Assembly: GCA_045632405.1 (NCBI GenBank)
Contig: JAZQWO010000054.1
Location: 2,291-66,290, forward strand
Source of the DNA: Eubacteriales bacterium
GTDB taxonomy: Bacteria; Bacillota; Clostridia; Oscillospirales; CAG-272
Direction: 5' to 3'
Length of the DNA: 64,000 nucleotides
The notes under the pieces are model-generated. The model was not told where the DNA came from, ran no database searches, and saw nothing but the letters and a program-made list of their open reading frames with translations. Below, in pieces: positions 54,995-64,000 of this stretch. Position 1 is the stretch's first letter. The number at the start of each line of letters is the position of its first letter. The position numbers and the translations under genes are program-made.

Positions 54995-57319
54995 TTGAAT
55001 TTAAAGGAGCTTATTCTTGATTTAGTAAATCAAAATGAATATATTCCACTCTCCCCTAACGAAATGCTGTCCTTTTTCAACGATGGTGGACAGGAGATTG
55101 ACGACGGGGATTTTTGGAGAACTATACAGGAAATGGAGGGCGAGGATTTTTCCATTGCCTTTTCACGCAAAAACAAAATTTTATCAGCCGAGCGCCTGGG
55201 TCAGTACAAGGGTGTGTTTTCCGCATCCGCCAAGGGTGGCTTTGGATTTGTAACCACAGAGTCGGGCGAATTTTTCATTCCCCCGTCTCTTACCTTCTGC
55301 GCACTTTCCGGTGACACGGTTGTTTGCAAGCGCCTCGAGCGCTCCTCTCGCTTTTTCGGCAAGGGCAACGAGGCGGAGATTATTGCAATTTTGGACAGAG
55401 GAGTCAGCGAAATTATAGGCACTCTTACCATATATAATAACGGCAGAGGTAACGCAGGGCACATCACCCCCGACAACGAAAGAATCAAGCCGTCTGTTTT
55501 GGTGTCATCAAAGGCGCTTCAAGGCGCTATGCACGGCGACAAGGTTGTAGGTAAAATCATCAGCTATCCAAAAACGGAAAACGACCCTATCAGATGTGAA
55601 ATCACCGAGGTTTTGGGTCGTGCCGATAGCCAAGAAGCAAACTACCGCGCGGTTTTACACTCCAACGGCATCACCGTTGGCTTCCCACAGAGCGTGCTTG
55701 ACGAGGCAGAGGCGGTTAGCCAAGAGAAACTAGATATAGGTGACAGGCTTGACTTGCGCGACAAAATCATTTTCACCATTGACTCCCACGAGGCAAAGGA
55801 CTTAGACGATGCCATTTCCTTAGAGGAAACAGAGGACGGATACCTACTTGGCGTTCATATTGCAGATGTTTCCCACTATGTGCGTGAAGGGTCGCGCCTT
55901 GATAAAGAAGCTCTTTCACGAGGAACAAGCGTTTACTTCACCGACAAGGTTGTGCCTATGCTGCCGAAGCAGCTATCAAACGGTATTTGCTCTTTGAACG
56001 AGAAGGAAGACCGTTATACTCTTTCCGCCCTTATCTCTCTTGACAAGCGAGGCGAGATTGTTTCCTGTCAAATTGCAAATTCGGTTATAAACTCCAAAAT
56101 AAAGGGTATTTATGCGGAGCTAAACGACATTTTGGAAAAGGATGAAAATAGCGAATTTTACGAGAAATACGCACACGTTATCAAGGATTTTTACAAAATG
56201 TACGATTTGTACAAGGCTTTGAAGCAGAAAAGCGACAAGCGAGGAGCTATGGAGCTGGAGAGCGAAGAAACCAAAATTATTCTTGACGAAAACGGACACC
56301 CTGTTGAAATCGTCAAGCGTGAGCGCGGCGAGAGCGAGCGACTTATTGAGCAATTTATGCTCTGTGCAAACGAAGCGGTTGCCACATATCTTTATAATGC
56401 AGGAATGCCTTGCGTTTACAGAGTACACGACGAGCCTGATATGGAAAAGATTGGCGCATTTTCCCTTTTTGCAAGGAATTTAGGCGTTGACACCTCACCC
56501 TTGAGAACTAAAAATAAAATCACCTCGTCACAGTTGAACAAGGTGCTTGAGAGCGCAAAACAGAAGGATTGCTTCCCTATTGTTTCTTCGATTTTGCTCC
56601 GCTCACTTATGAAAGCGCGATACTCCCCTCTGCAAAAATCTCATTTTGGACTTGCAACAGAGTATTACTGTCATTTCACCTCTCCTATCAGACGTTACCC
56701 CGATTTAACCGTTCATAGAATTATCAAGGCTATGCTTGACGGCAAAATAACCGAGGAGACGGTTAGCGGTTATGAGGACTTTGCTGCCCATTCTGCTCTT
56801 TTGTCAAGTGACAACGAGGTAAAGGCGGTGCACGCGGAGCGCGATATTGACGACCTATACAAGTGCGTTTATATGCGTGACCGAATTGGCGAGGAGTACG
56901 AGGCGGTGATTTGCTCCGTTACATCCTTCGGATTTTTTGCAAAGACGAAAAATCTGTGCGAGGGTCTTGTTTCTGTTGACTCCTTGGGTGGCGGCTTCTT
57001 CTATGACAGAGATAACTACACCCTTTCCCGTGGAAAGACAGTTTACCGCTTGGGTCAGCGCGTCAAGATAAAGGTTGACGATGTTGATATTGCCGCTCGT
57101 CAAATTAACTTTTATTTAATAAAGGAAGAAAAGGGCGCAGAGGACAAGGGCGAGGAAAATGCTCCCGTAGCCTTTGAAAAGCCAAGACGCCAAAAAGGTG
57201 AGGACAAGCCATACCGCCGCGAAAGGTCGCGAGCCCCAAAGCACAAGCGACGCATATTTGAAACCTTTATGCAGTTTGAACAAAAGCACAAAAGGAAGCG
57301 CACCAAAAAGCGCAGATAG
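54995..57319 (+). CDS. rnr: ribonuclease R
   Basis: I chose the TTG start at 54995, 6-7 nt after a GGAGGG RBS; the track ORF starts at 54977. RNB domain (IDSHEAKDLDDA), a C-terminal S1 domain and a basic tail. Confidence 0.9.
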   Translation: MNLKELILDLVNQNEYIPLSPNEMLSFFNDGGQEIDDGDFWRTIQEMEGEDFSIAFSRKNKILSAERLGQYKGVFSASAKGGFGFVTTESGEFFIPPSLTFCALSGDTVVCKRLERSSRFFGKGNEAEIIAILDRGVSEIIGTLTIYNNGRGNAGHITPDNERIKPSVLVSSKALQGAMHGDKVVGKIISYPKTENDPIRCEITEVLGRADSQEANYRAVLHSNGITVGFPQSVLDEAEAVSQEKLDIGDRLDLRDKIIFTIDSHEAKDLDDAISLEETEDGYLLGVHIADVSHYVREGSRLDKEALSRGTSVYFTDKVVPMLPKQLSNGICSLNEKEDRYTLSALISLDKRGEIVSCQIANSVINSKIKGIYAELNDILEKDENSEFYEKYAHVIKDFYKMYDLYKALKQKSDKRGAMELESEETKIILDENGHPVEIVKRERGESERLIEQFMLCANEAVATYLYNAGMPCVYRVHDEPDMEKIGAFSLFARNLGVDTSPLRTKNKITSSQLNKVLESAKQKDCFPIVSSILLRSLMKARYSPLQKSHFGLATEYYCHFTSPIRRYPDLTVHRIIKAMLDGKITEETVSGYEDFAAHSALLSSDNEVKAVHAERDIDDLYKCVYMRDRIGEEYEAVICSVTSFGFFAKTKNLCEGLVSVDSLGGGFFYDRDNYTLSRGKTVYRLGQRVKIKVDDVDIAARQINFYLIKEEKGAEDKGEENAPVAFEKPRRQKGEDKPYRRERSRAPKHKRRIFETFMQFEQKHKRKRTKKRR

Positions 57320-57367
57320 TTCTCTTGTAAAGCAAACGTTTTTGCGCTAAAAAACCATACAAAATAT

Positions 57368-57489
57368 GCCTTCTCCAGCGGAGAAGGGGGACCAAGCTTG
57401 CTTGGTGGATGAGGAGAGCATTTTTAGATTGCACTATTTTGTCCTCCTCATCCGTCTGCTTCGCATCCACCTTCCCCGCTGGGGAAGGC
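57368..57489 (-). repeat. family-2 intergenic element, reverse orientation, larger variant
   Basis: The reverse complement ends ...CTTGGTCCCCCTTCTCC-GCT-GGAGAAGGC. Hairpins are CCTTCTCC-AGC-GGAGAAGG, GGATGAGGAG...CTCCTCATCC, TGC-TTC-GCA and CCTTCCCC-GCT-GGGGAAGG. Confidence 0.65.
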
Positions 57490-57574
57490 TTTTTAGTGCA
57501 TCAGCCCCTTTTTGTTGAACTTCAAATTAAGCGTTCATCCGTTTGGATAAATTTTAAAACATTCAATAAAAACC

Positions 57575-57670
57575 GTGATATACTCCTTACAAAGCTATTG
57601 CTGTCATTCCGAGCGAAGCCAAAGAATCTATGGGATTTGCTACCTTGTCATCCTCAATCCGCAGGCGAAA
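57575..57670 (+). repeat. degenerate remnant resembling the GTGATACTC... element start plus mini-hairpin debris
   Basis: GTGATATACTCCTTAC compared with GTGATACTCTTAAC. It also contains GAGCGAAGCC, and CCGCAGGCGA equals part of the reverse complement of hairpin TCGCC-TGC-GGCGA at 34566. Confidence 0.35.
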
Positions 57671-57774
57671 TATTTTCTGAACCAACTCAAAAATCAATCA
57701 CTTTAGATTTATATTTGCAATTTTCACAATCACATATGATACAATAGCCACAAAGTTAATTAAGGGAGAAAATT

Positions 57775-58038
57775 ATGTACGAAACAATAAAAAGCATTTG
57801 GTATGAAAAGCTACAGTTAGGAAACCAAAACATTACAAACAATGACAAAATCACTGATTTGTGCAAAAAGCAAGATGCTCTTGAAGAAAAAATCAAATCA
57901 AGTCTTGGAGAAAAGGAACAGCTTCTTTTAGAAGAATTGATAGACAGTTATTTTGAGCTAACAGACCTTTTACAAGCTGATGCTTTTGTTAAGGGATTTA
58001 AGTTAGGTGGCGGAATTACCATTGAAGTTTTGAAGTAA
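57775..58038 (+). CDS. small hypothetical protein
   Basis: 87-aa ORF behind a GGGAGAA RBS. Predicted helical, with no motif recognised. Confidence 0.5.
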   Translation: MYETIKSIWYEKLQLGNQNITNNDKITDLCKKQDALEEKIKSSLGEKEQLLLEELIDSYFELTDLLQADAFVKGFKLGGGITIEVLK

Positions 58039-58232
58039 TTTTTGTATATTTCTTACAATTATATATAATAATAATTGGTGAATTTTAGAAATTTATAAGA
58101 AATTCACAAATTGTATGAAAAATTTCAAAAAAATATACCATTAAATAAAACTTTGTGCTATAATTATCGTGTGCGCCTTGAGCGCAGACACAATTAATTG
58201 GTTAATAAATTTATATGGAGGTACTTAAGAGA

Positions 58233-60869
58233 ATGAGTACAAAGAAGTATGTTTACCTCTTTACTGAGGGCGACGCAACAATGAGAGAAATTCTCGGCGG
58301 TAAGGGTGCTAACCTTGCTGAAATGACCAAGATTGGTCTTCCTGTTCCACAGGGCTTCACAATTTCTACTGAAGCTTGTACACAGTACTATGAGGACGGC
58401 AGACAGATCAATGACGAAATCCAGGCACAAATCATGGAATACATCGACAAGATGGAAGCTATCACAGGCAAAAAGTTCGGTGACACTGAGAACCCACTTC
58501 TCGTTTCCGTTCGTTCCGGTGCTAGAGCTTCCATGCCAGGTATGATGGATACAATCCTTAACCTCGGTCTTAACGAAGACGTTGTTAACGTTATGGCTGA
58601 AAAGTCCGGCAACGCTCGTTGGGCTTGGGACTGCTACAGAAGATTTATCCAGATGTACTCTGACGTAGTTATGGAAGTTGGTAAGAAGTACTTTGAAGAG
58701 CTTATCGACAAGATGAAGGAAGAAAAGGGTGTTACTCAGGACGTTGAGCTTTCCGCTGACGACTTGAAGGAGCTCGCTAACCAGTTCAAGGCTGAATACA
58801 AGGGCAAGATTGGTACAGACTTCCCATCCGATCCTAAGGAACAGCTCATGGGTGCAGTTAAGGCTGTATTCCGTTCTTGGGACAACCCACGTGCTAACTA
58901 CTACAGAATGCAGAACGAAATCCCATATTCTTGGGGTACTGCTGTTAACGTACAGGCAATGGCATTCGGTAACATGGGTGATGACTGTGGTACAGGTGTT
59001 GCATTTACTCGTGACCCTGCTACAGGTGAAAAGAAGCTTATGGGTGAATTCCTTCCAAACGCACAGGGCGAGGACGTAGTTGCCGGTGTTCGTACACCAT
59101 ACCCAATCGCTCAGATGGAACAGATGTTCCCAGAAGCATACAAGCAGTTCGTAGAGGTTTGCGGCATTCTCGAAAACCACTACAGAGACATGCAGGACAT
59201 GGAGTTCACTGTTGAACACGGTAAGCTCTTCATGCTCCAGACAAGAAACGGTAAGAGAACTGCAAAGGCAGCTCTTAAGATCGCTGTTGACCTCGTTAAC
59301 GAGGGTATGATCACAAAGGAAAAGGCTCTCTTGATGATCGATCCTAAGCAGCTTGACGCTCTTCTCCACCCACAGTTCGACGCAAAGGCACTCAAGGCTG
59401 CTAAGCCTGTTGCTTCTGCTCTTCCTGCTTCTCCAGGTGCAGCTTGCGGTAAGATCGTATTTACCGCTGAGGATGCTGTTGAATGGGGCAAGGCTGGTGA
59501 AAAGGTTGTTCTTGTTCGTCTTGAGACATCTCCTGAAGATATTGAGGGTATGCACTACGCTCAGGGTATCTTGACAGTACGTGGTGGTATGACATCTCAC
59601 GCAGCCGTTGTTGCTCGTGGTATGGGTACTTGCTGTGTATCCGGTTGCGGCGCAATCAAGATGGATGAAGAAAACAAGAAGTTTGTTCTCGATGGCAGAA
59701 CATACGTTGAAGGTGATTACATCTCTCTCGACGGTTCTACAGGTAACATCTACGGTGAGGCTATCCCAACTGTTCCTGCTTCCGTTGACGGTGAGTTTGG
59801 TATTATCATGGGCTGGGCTGACGAATACAGACAGCTCCAGGTTAGAACAAATGCAGATACTCCTGCAGACGCTCAGACAGCAAGAAGATTCGGTGCTGAA
59901 GGTATCGGTCTTTGCCGTACAGAGCACATGTTCTTCGATCCAGACAGAATTTCCGCTATTCGTGAAATGATCTGCTCTGACACTGTTGAAGAAAGAGAAG
60001 CTGCTCTTGCTAAGCTTCTTCCAATGCAGCAGGGCGACTTTGAGAAGCTCTATGAGGCTCTTGAAGGTCACCCAGTAACAATCCGTTTCTTGGATCCACC
60101 TCTCCACGAGTTCGTTCCAACTGACGAAAAGGACATCGAGCTTCTTGCACAGACACAGGGCAAGACAGTTGAAGATATCAAGAATATCATCGCTTCTCTC
60201 CATGAGTTCAACCCAATGATGGGTCACCGTGGTTGCCGTTTGACTGTAACATATCCTGAAATCGCTAAGATGCAGACAAGAGCTGTTATCCGTGCGGCTA
60301 TCAATGTTAAGAAGGCTCATCCAGATTGGTCTATCGTTCCTGAAATTATGATTCCATTGGTTGGCGAAATCAAGGAATTCAACTTTGTTAAGAAGATCGT
60401 TGTTGCTTGCGCTGACGAGGAAATCGCAAACGCTGGCTCTGACCTCAAGTACGAAGTTGGTACAATGATGGAAATTCCAAGAGCTTGCTTGACAGCTGAC
60501 GAAATCGCTAAGGATGCTGAGTTCTTCTGCTTCGGTACAAACGACTTGACACAGATGACATTCGGCTTCAGCCGTGATGACGCTGGTAAGTTCTTGACAG
60601 CTTACTACGAAAGCAAGATTTACGAAAACGATCCATTCGCAAGAATCGACCAAAACGGTGTTGGTAAGCTTATGTCCATGGCAGTTGACATGGGTAAGGA
60701 AGTAAGACCTAACATGCACATCGGTATCTGCGGCGAGCACGGCGGCGACCCAACATCTGTTGAGTTCTGCCACAAGATTGGCTTGTCCTATGTATCTTGC
60801 TCACCATTCAGAGTTCCGATTGCAAGACTTGCTGCTGCTCAGGCTGCTATTAAGAACCCACGCAAATAA
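58233..60869 (+). CDS. ppdK: pyruvate, phosphate dikinase
   Basis: I chose the start MSTKKYVYLFTEGDATMREILGGKGANLAEM by comparison with known PPDK N-termini. Motifs GGMTSHAAVVARG (catalytic His) and CGEHGGDP. Confidence 0.95.
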   Translation: MSTKKYVYLFTEGDATMREILGGKGANLAEMTKIGLPVPQGFTISTEACTQYYEDGRQINDEIQAQIMEYIDKMEAITGKKFGDTENPLLVSVRSGARASMPGMMDTILNLGLNEDVVNVMAEKSGNARWAWDCYRRFIQMYSDVVMEVGKKYFEELIDKMKEEKGVTQDVELSADDLKELANQFKAEYKGKIGTDFPSDPKEQLMGAVKAVFRSWDNPRANYYRMQNEIPYSWGTAVNVQAMAFGNMGDDCGTGVAFTRDPATGEKKLMGEFLPNAQGEDVVAGVRTPYPIAQMEQMFPEAYKQFVEVCGILENHYRDMQDMEFTVEHGKLFMLQTRNGKRTAKAALKIAVDLVNEGMITKEKALLMIDPKQLDALLHPQFDAKALKAAKPVASALPASPGAACGKIVFTAEDAVEWGKAGEKVVLVRLETSPEDIEGMHYAQGILTVRGGMTSHAAVVARGMGTCCVSGCGAIKMDEENKKFVLDGRTYVEGDYISLDGSTGNIYGEAIPTVPASVDGEFGIIMGWADEYRQLQVRTNADTPADAQTARRFGAEGIGLCRTEHMFFDPDRISAIREMICSDTVEEREAALAKLLPMQQGDFEKLYEALEGHPVTIRFLDPPLHEFVPTDEKDIELLAQTQGKTVEDIKNIIASLHEFNPMMGHRGCRLTVTYPEIAKMQTRAVIRAAINVKKAHPDWSIVPEIMIPLVGEIKEFNFVKKIVVACADEEIANAGSDLKYEVGTMMEIPRACLTADEIAKDAEFFCFGTNDLTQMTFGFSRDDAGKFLTAYYESKIYENDPFARIDQNGVGKLMSMAVDMGKEVRPNMHIGICGEHGGDPTSVEFCHKIGLSYVSCSPFRVPIARLAAAQAAIKNPRK

Positions 60870-60952
60870 TCGAGGGTGCGTATGAGAGCATAGAACAGAG
60901 GCGACTAAACAAGTTACCTATTAGTTCTACCTTCATATTCAAATAACAATGT

Positions 60953-60986
60953 AGGGAATTTGCCGAAAGGTAAATTCCCTATTTTT
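60953..60986 (+). terminator. rho-independent terminator downstream of ppdK
   Basis: AGGGAATTT-loop-AAATTCCCT followed by ATTTTT. Confidence 0.6.
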
Positions 60987-61116
60987 ATGTCGCCTCTTAA
61001 CCACGACTGCTACTCTACCGTACAAAGTACGCCTACGTCCCTCGAAGGGTCGTTTTTCGGCTTCGCCGAGAGATATATTCACTTCATTAATGTTTATTAC
61101 TTGAACTAAATAAATT

Positions 61117-61152
61117 AAGACTGTACTAATTTCGGTTAGTACAGTCTTTTTT
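61117..61152 (+). terminator. strong orphan hairpin with T-run, 250 nt after ppdK
   Basis: AAGACTGTACTAA-TTTCGG-TTAGTACAGTCTT followed by TTTT. No annotated gene ends here. Confidence 0.5.
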
Positions 61153-61305
61153 CGGCATTTTTAAGGCGCGGAAATAAACCCACGGTTCTATTAAAATAAA
61201 AGACGCGGGCTTGTCCCGTGCGTTATTTTTTGCAAGCCCCTTGTTTTTGGCAGAATTTTGTGATAATATGATTTACAGGGACACTTCCCTTAACAAGGAG
61301 ATTCT

Positions 61306-62589
61306 ATGGATATTGCAAGAATTAAAAGAGTTAAGCCGCTAATGGACAGGCGCTTCGGTATGTTTATACACTGGGGTATTTATGCTATTCCTGCAAGAAG
61401 CTCGCGAAGCGAATGGATAAGAAATGTAGATAGAGTGACTATCGAGGAATATCAGCCCTATTTCGATAGCTTTAATCCCGTTGACTACAACCCGCGCGAG
61501 TGGGCGCGCTTGGCAAAGAAGGCGGGCATGAAATATGCTGTGCTGACAACAAAGCATCACGACGGCTTTTGTCTTTTCGACAGTCAATATACAGACTATA
61601 AATCAACAAATACACCCTGCGGCAGAGATTTGGTAAAGGAATATGTTGAGGCGTTTCGTGCCGAGGGCATTATGGTTGGTCTTTACTACTCTTTGCTTGA
61701 CTGGCATCACCCCGATTACCCTGCATATGGGGACATGCACCATCCAATGCGAGACAACGAGGAATACAAGGGTCAGGGCGAGCATTTCCACCGCTATGTT
61801 GAATATTTGCACAATCAAGTAAGAGAGCTGCTTACCAACTATGGCAAAATTGACATTATGTGGTTTGACTTCCATTACGGAGAGATGACGGGGGAAAAGT
61901 GGGAAGCCACCAAGCTCATCAAAATGGCGCGGGAGATCAACCCCGACTTGATTATTGATGACCGAATTGGCGGTGACATCAAGGTTGATGAGCCTGTTTA
62001 TTACGCAGGTGACTTTGGCTCTCCCGAGCAGATGATACCTGCGGGGGGTGTTAAGGATTACCGTGGAAATCCTATTCCTTGGGAAACCTGTATGACCTTA
62101 AATGACAACTGGGGCTATAGCCAGCGCGATATGAACTACAAGCTTCCAAAGCACGTTATCCGTATGCTTGTTGAATGTACCTCTAAGGGTGGCAATCTTA
62201 TTTTGAATGTTGGCCCCGATGCGCGCGGCAACATCCCTAAAAAGAGCATTGAAATTCTTTCCGAGGTTGGGGAGTGGATGCGTTTAAACGGCGAGAGCAT
62301 ATACGGCTGTGGCATTATGGATTACCCAAAGCCAGAATGGGGACGCATCACCAAGGGAGAAAAGGCGGTTTATCTACACGTCATCGACTTAAATCAGGAT
62401 GTTATTTCAATGACGGACTTCCCATACAAGGTTAAGGCGGCAACTCGCCTTTGCGACGGCTCACGGCTTTCTATGGCGGAGCCTTGGAATGTCGATAGCT
62501 ACGACGGAGACAACAATATTTTTGTGCATATGCCACCATTCCCACTGCTTGACCCTGTTTGCGAGGTTATCAAATTAGAGCTTGAATAA
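61306..62589 (+). CDS. alpha-L-fucosidase (GH29)
   Basis: Motifs FGMFIHWGIYA, TKHHDGFCLFDS and MWFD. Confidence 0.9.
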   Translation: MDIARIKRVKPLMDRRFGMFIHWGIYAIPARSSRSEWIRNVDRVTIEEYQPYFDSFNPVDYNPREWARLAKKAGMKYAVLTTKHHDGFCLFDSQYTDYKSTNTPCGRDLVKEYVEAFRAEGIMVGLYYSLLDWHHPDYPAYGDMHHPMRDNEEYKGQGEHFHRYVEYLHNQVRELLTNYGKIDIMWFDFHYGEMTGEKWEATKLIKMAREINPDLIIDDRIGGDIKVDEPVYYAGDFGSPEQMIPAGGVKDYRGNPIPWETCMTLNDNWGYSQRDMNYKLPKHVIRMLVECTSKGGNLILNVGPDARGNIPKKSIEILSEVGEWMRLNGESIYGCGIMDYPKPEWGRITKGEKAVYLHVIDLNQDVISMTDFPYKVKAATRLCDGSRLSMAEPWNVDSYDGDNNIFVHMPPFPLLDPVCEVIKLELE

Positions 62590-62593
62590 GTTT

Positions 62594-62629
62594 CAAGAGA
62601 GCAGTTTTCTGCTCTCTTGCTTGTTTTTT
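62594..62629 (+). terminator. rho-independent terminator
   Basis: CAAGAGAGCAG-TTTT-CTGCTCTCTTG followed by CTTGTTTTTT. Confidence 0.75.
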
Positions 62630-62680
62630 ATTGAAAAATCTCGATATTTATGATATCATATAATAAAGCGAGGTGGTTGT

Positions 62681-63151
62681 GTGAGAATAGCATTTGTGTG
62701 CCACGGCAACATATGCAGAAGCCCAATGGCAGAATTTGTTTTTAAGAATATGATAGATATTAAGGGTGTATCCCATTTATATTCTGTGGTTTCACGCGCC
62801 ACAAGTGACGAGGAAATTTGGCGCGGTGTTGGTAACCCAATACACACGGGCACTCTTGGCATTTTCAAAAAATATAATATTCCCTATGATAAAAGCAAAA
62901 GGGCAGTTCAGCTAACGCGGCAGGACTATGACGAATATGACCTATTCATAGGAATGGACTTCGCCAATCTTCGCAATATGCTGCGCATTTTCGGCTCTGA
63001 CCCACAAAGCAAGATTAAGCTGCTCCTTGACTATGCGGCAGAGCATAAAGAGGTTGCTGACCCTTGGTACACTGGGGACTTTGAAGCAACGTACCGAGAT
63101 ATTATTCGCGGCTGCGATGCCTTTTTATCGGCACAGGGTGAGAAAAAATGA
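62681..63151 (+). CDS. low-molecular-weight protein-tyrosine phosphatase
   Basis: GTG start behind a GAGGTGG RBS. Motifs CHGNICRS (P-loop) and a DP motif near the C-terminus. Confidence 0.85.
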   Translation: MRIAFVCHGNICRSPMAEFVFKNMIDIKGVSHLYSVVSRATSDEEIWRGVGNPIHTGTLGIFKKYNIPYDKSKRAVQLTRQDYDEYDLFIGMDFANLRNMLRIFGSDPQSKIKLLLDYAAEHKEVADPWYTGDFEATYRDIIRGCDAFLSAQGEKK

Positions 63152-63831
63152 GATATAGCAAAATAATTAAGGGTGTTTTCAAAAGCCGCCCAAACAGATT
63201 TGTTGCACGGGTTGAGATTGATGGCAGTATAGAAACCGTCCACGTAAAAAACACAGGCAGATGCCGCGAGCTTTTGGTTGAGGACGCTACTGTATATTTA
63301 AGCGTGTCGGACAATCCCGAACGCAAGACGAAATATGACCTTATTTGTGTTGAAAAAGAAACACAGGGTGGGGTTTTTCTTATAAATATGGACTCGCAAA
63401 TAGTTAACGATGTGGCAGGCGAATATTTGCGCGCACTTTTCCCAAATGCTAATATTAGGCGCGAGGTGACATTTGGCAAATCCCGCTTTGATTTCTATAT
63501 TGAGAATGACGGTAAACGGATTTTTTGCGAAGCCAAGGGCGTTACCTTGGAAAACGACGGGGTTGTTTCCTTTCCCGACGCACCCACAGAGCGCGGAGTT
63601 AAGCATTTGAACGAGCTGATGTCTGCCATTTCACAGGGCTATGAGGCGATGATTTTGTTTATTGTACAAATGACGGGAGTGAAATATTTTACTCCAAATG
63701 ACAAAACACACAAGCTATTTGGAGATACACTAAGACTTTGTAAAAGCAAGGGAGTTAAAATTATGGCAGTTGACTGCAATGTTACTCCCAATTCAATTAT
63801 TCCAAAGGGAGAAATGGAGGTGCGCCTATGA
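63148..63831 (+). CDS. sfsA: sugar fermentation stimulation protein SfsA
   Basis: Motifs GVFKSRPNRFVARV, HVKNTGRC and CEAKGVTL. Confidence 0.85.
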   Translation: MRYSKIIKGVFKSRPNRFVARVEIDGSIETVHVKNTGRCRELLVEDATVYLSVSDNPERKTKYDLICVEKETQGGVFLINMDSQIVNDVAGEYLRALFPNANIRREVTFGKSRFDFYIENDGKRIFCEAKGVTLENDGVVSFPDAPTERGVKHLNELMSAISQGYEAMILFIVQMTGVKYFTPNDKTHKLFGDTLRLCKSKGVKIMAVDCNVTPNSIIPKGEMEVRL

Positions 63832-64000
63832 CAATGGTGCTCATTACCGCCTTGGGAGTTGGCGGTGCTACGGTTATAGGTGCTATAATCGGCTTTATTT
63901 TTAAAAATATTTCCCACAAATTCAGTGATATTGTGCTTTCCTTTGCGGCAGGCGTTATGCTTTGTGCATCGATTTTAGGATTGATTTTGCCATCATATGA
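63828..64000 (+). CDS. ZIP-family metal transporter, N-terminal fragment (runs off the right edge)
   Basis: ATGA overlap with the sfsA stop. MTMVLITALGVGGATVIGAIIGFIF...SFAAGVMLCAS is typical of a ZupT/GufA-type N-terminus. Confidence 0.6.
   Translation, partial: MTMVLITALGVGGATVIGAIIGFIFKNISHKFSDIVLSFAAGVMLCASILGLILPSY

Noticed and set aside
58194-60773. An 859-aa ORF antisense to ppdK, the longest ORF in the window after ppdK itself.
   Set aside because: Its codons are in exact register with the ppdK codons. It stays open simply because ppdK does not use the sense codons TTA, CTA and TCA across this roughly 860-codon stretch, a sign of strong codon bias in a highly expressed gene. The translated sequence is low-complexity (rich in Cys, Val, Leu and Ser) with no RBS or promoter, and ppdK is unambiguous.

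Overview
This 64-kb chromosomal segment looks like a mid-GC Firmicutes genome, class Clostridia, probably an Oscillospiraceae or Ruminococcaceae-type gut anaerobe. That placement is inferred from gene content and protein flavour only. I call about 57 protein genes, and most are housekeeping. They include rsmA, rluD, lspA, yggT-sepF-yggS, miaA, queA, dapA, pncB, rsmG, citrate synthase, glyA, secG, rnr and ppdK. There is also a small glycan-utilisation set (a partial heparinase II/III-like gene, GH127, GH5, GH29 and a KDG kinase). Metal-homeostasis genes are CopA, a DtxR-type regulator, feoA-feoB with a Cys-rich peptide, a Fur-family repressor and a ZIP transporter. Several secreted, lipoprotein and LRR proteins are present. 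RNA features are three tRNAs (Thr-CGU, Tyr-GUA, Thr-UGU) and an FMN riboswitch in front of a RibU-type ECF S component. I saw no rRNA, CRISPR array, integrase, transposase, reverse transcriptase or phage gene, and I cannot point to a novel protein-based system. The unexplained signal is non-coding and has four parts. (1) 'Hairpin-ladder' modules: direct copies of a short word, each followed by a different mini-hairpin, then copies of the reverse complement of that word. The word differs from module to module. (2) Two inverted 356-nt TIR-bounded copies that contain such a ladder. They sit inside terminator stems and bracket the feo block. (3) A second repeat family (GGTCCCCCTCC...GGAGGC) that sits between duplicated 3' ends of ansA and of citrate synthase, with a 147-nt period in both cases. 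(4) A 279-bp element closed by a 28-bp inverted repeat. I do not recognise any of these as a described family. Coordinates of small motifs were counted by hand and may be off by 1-2 nt.
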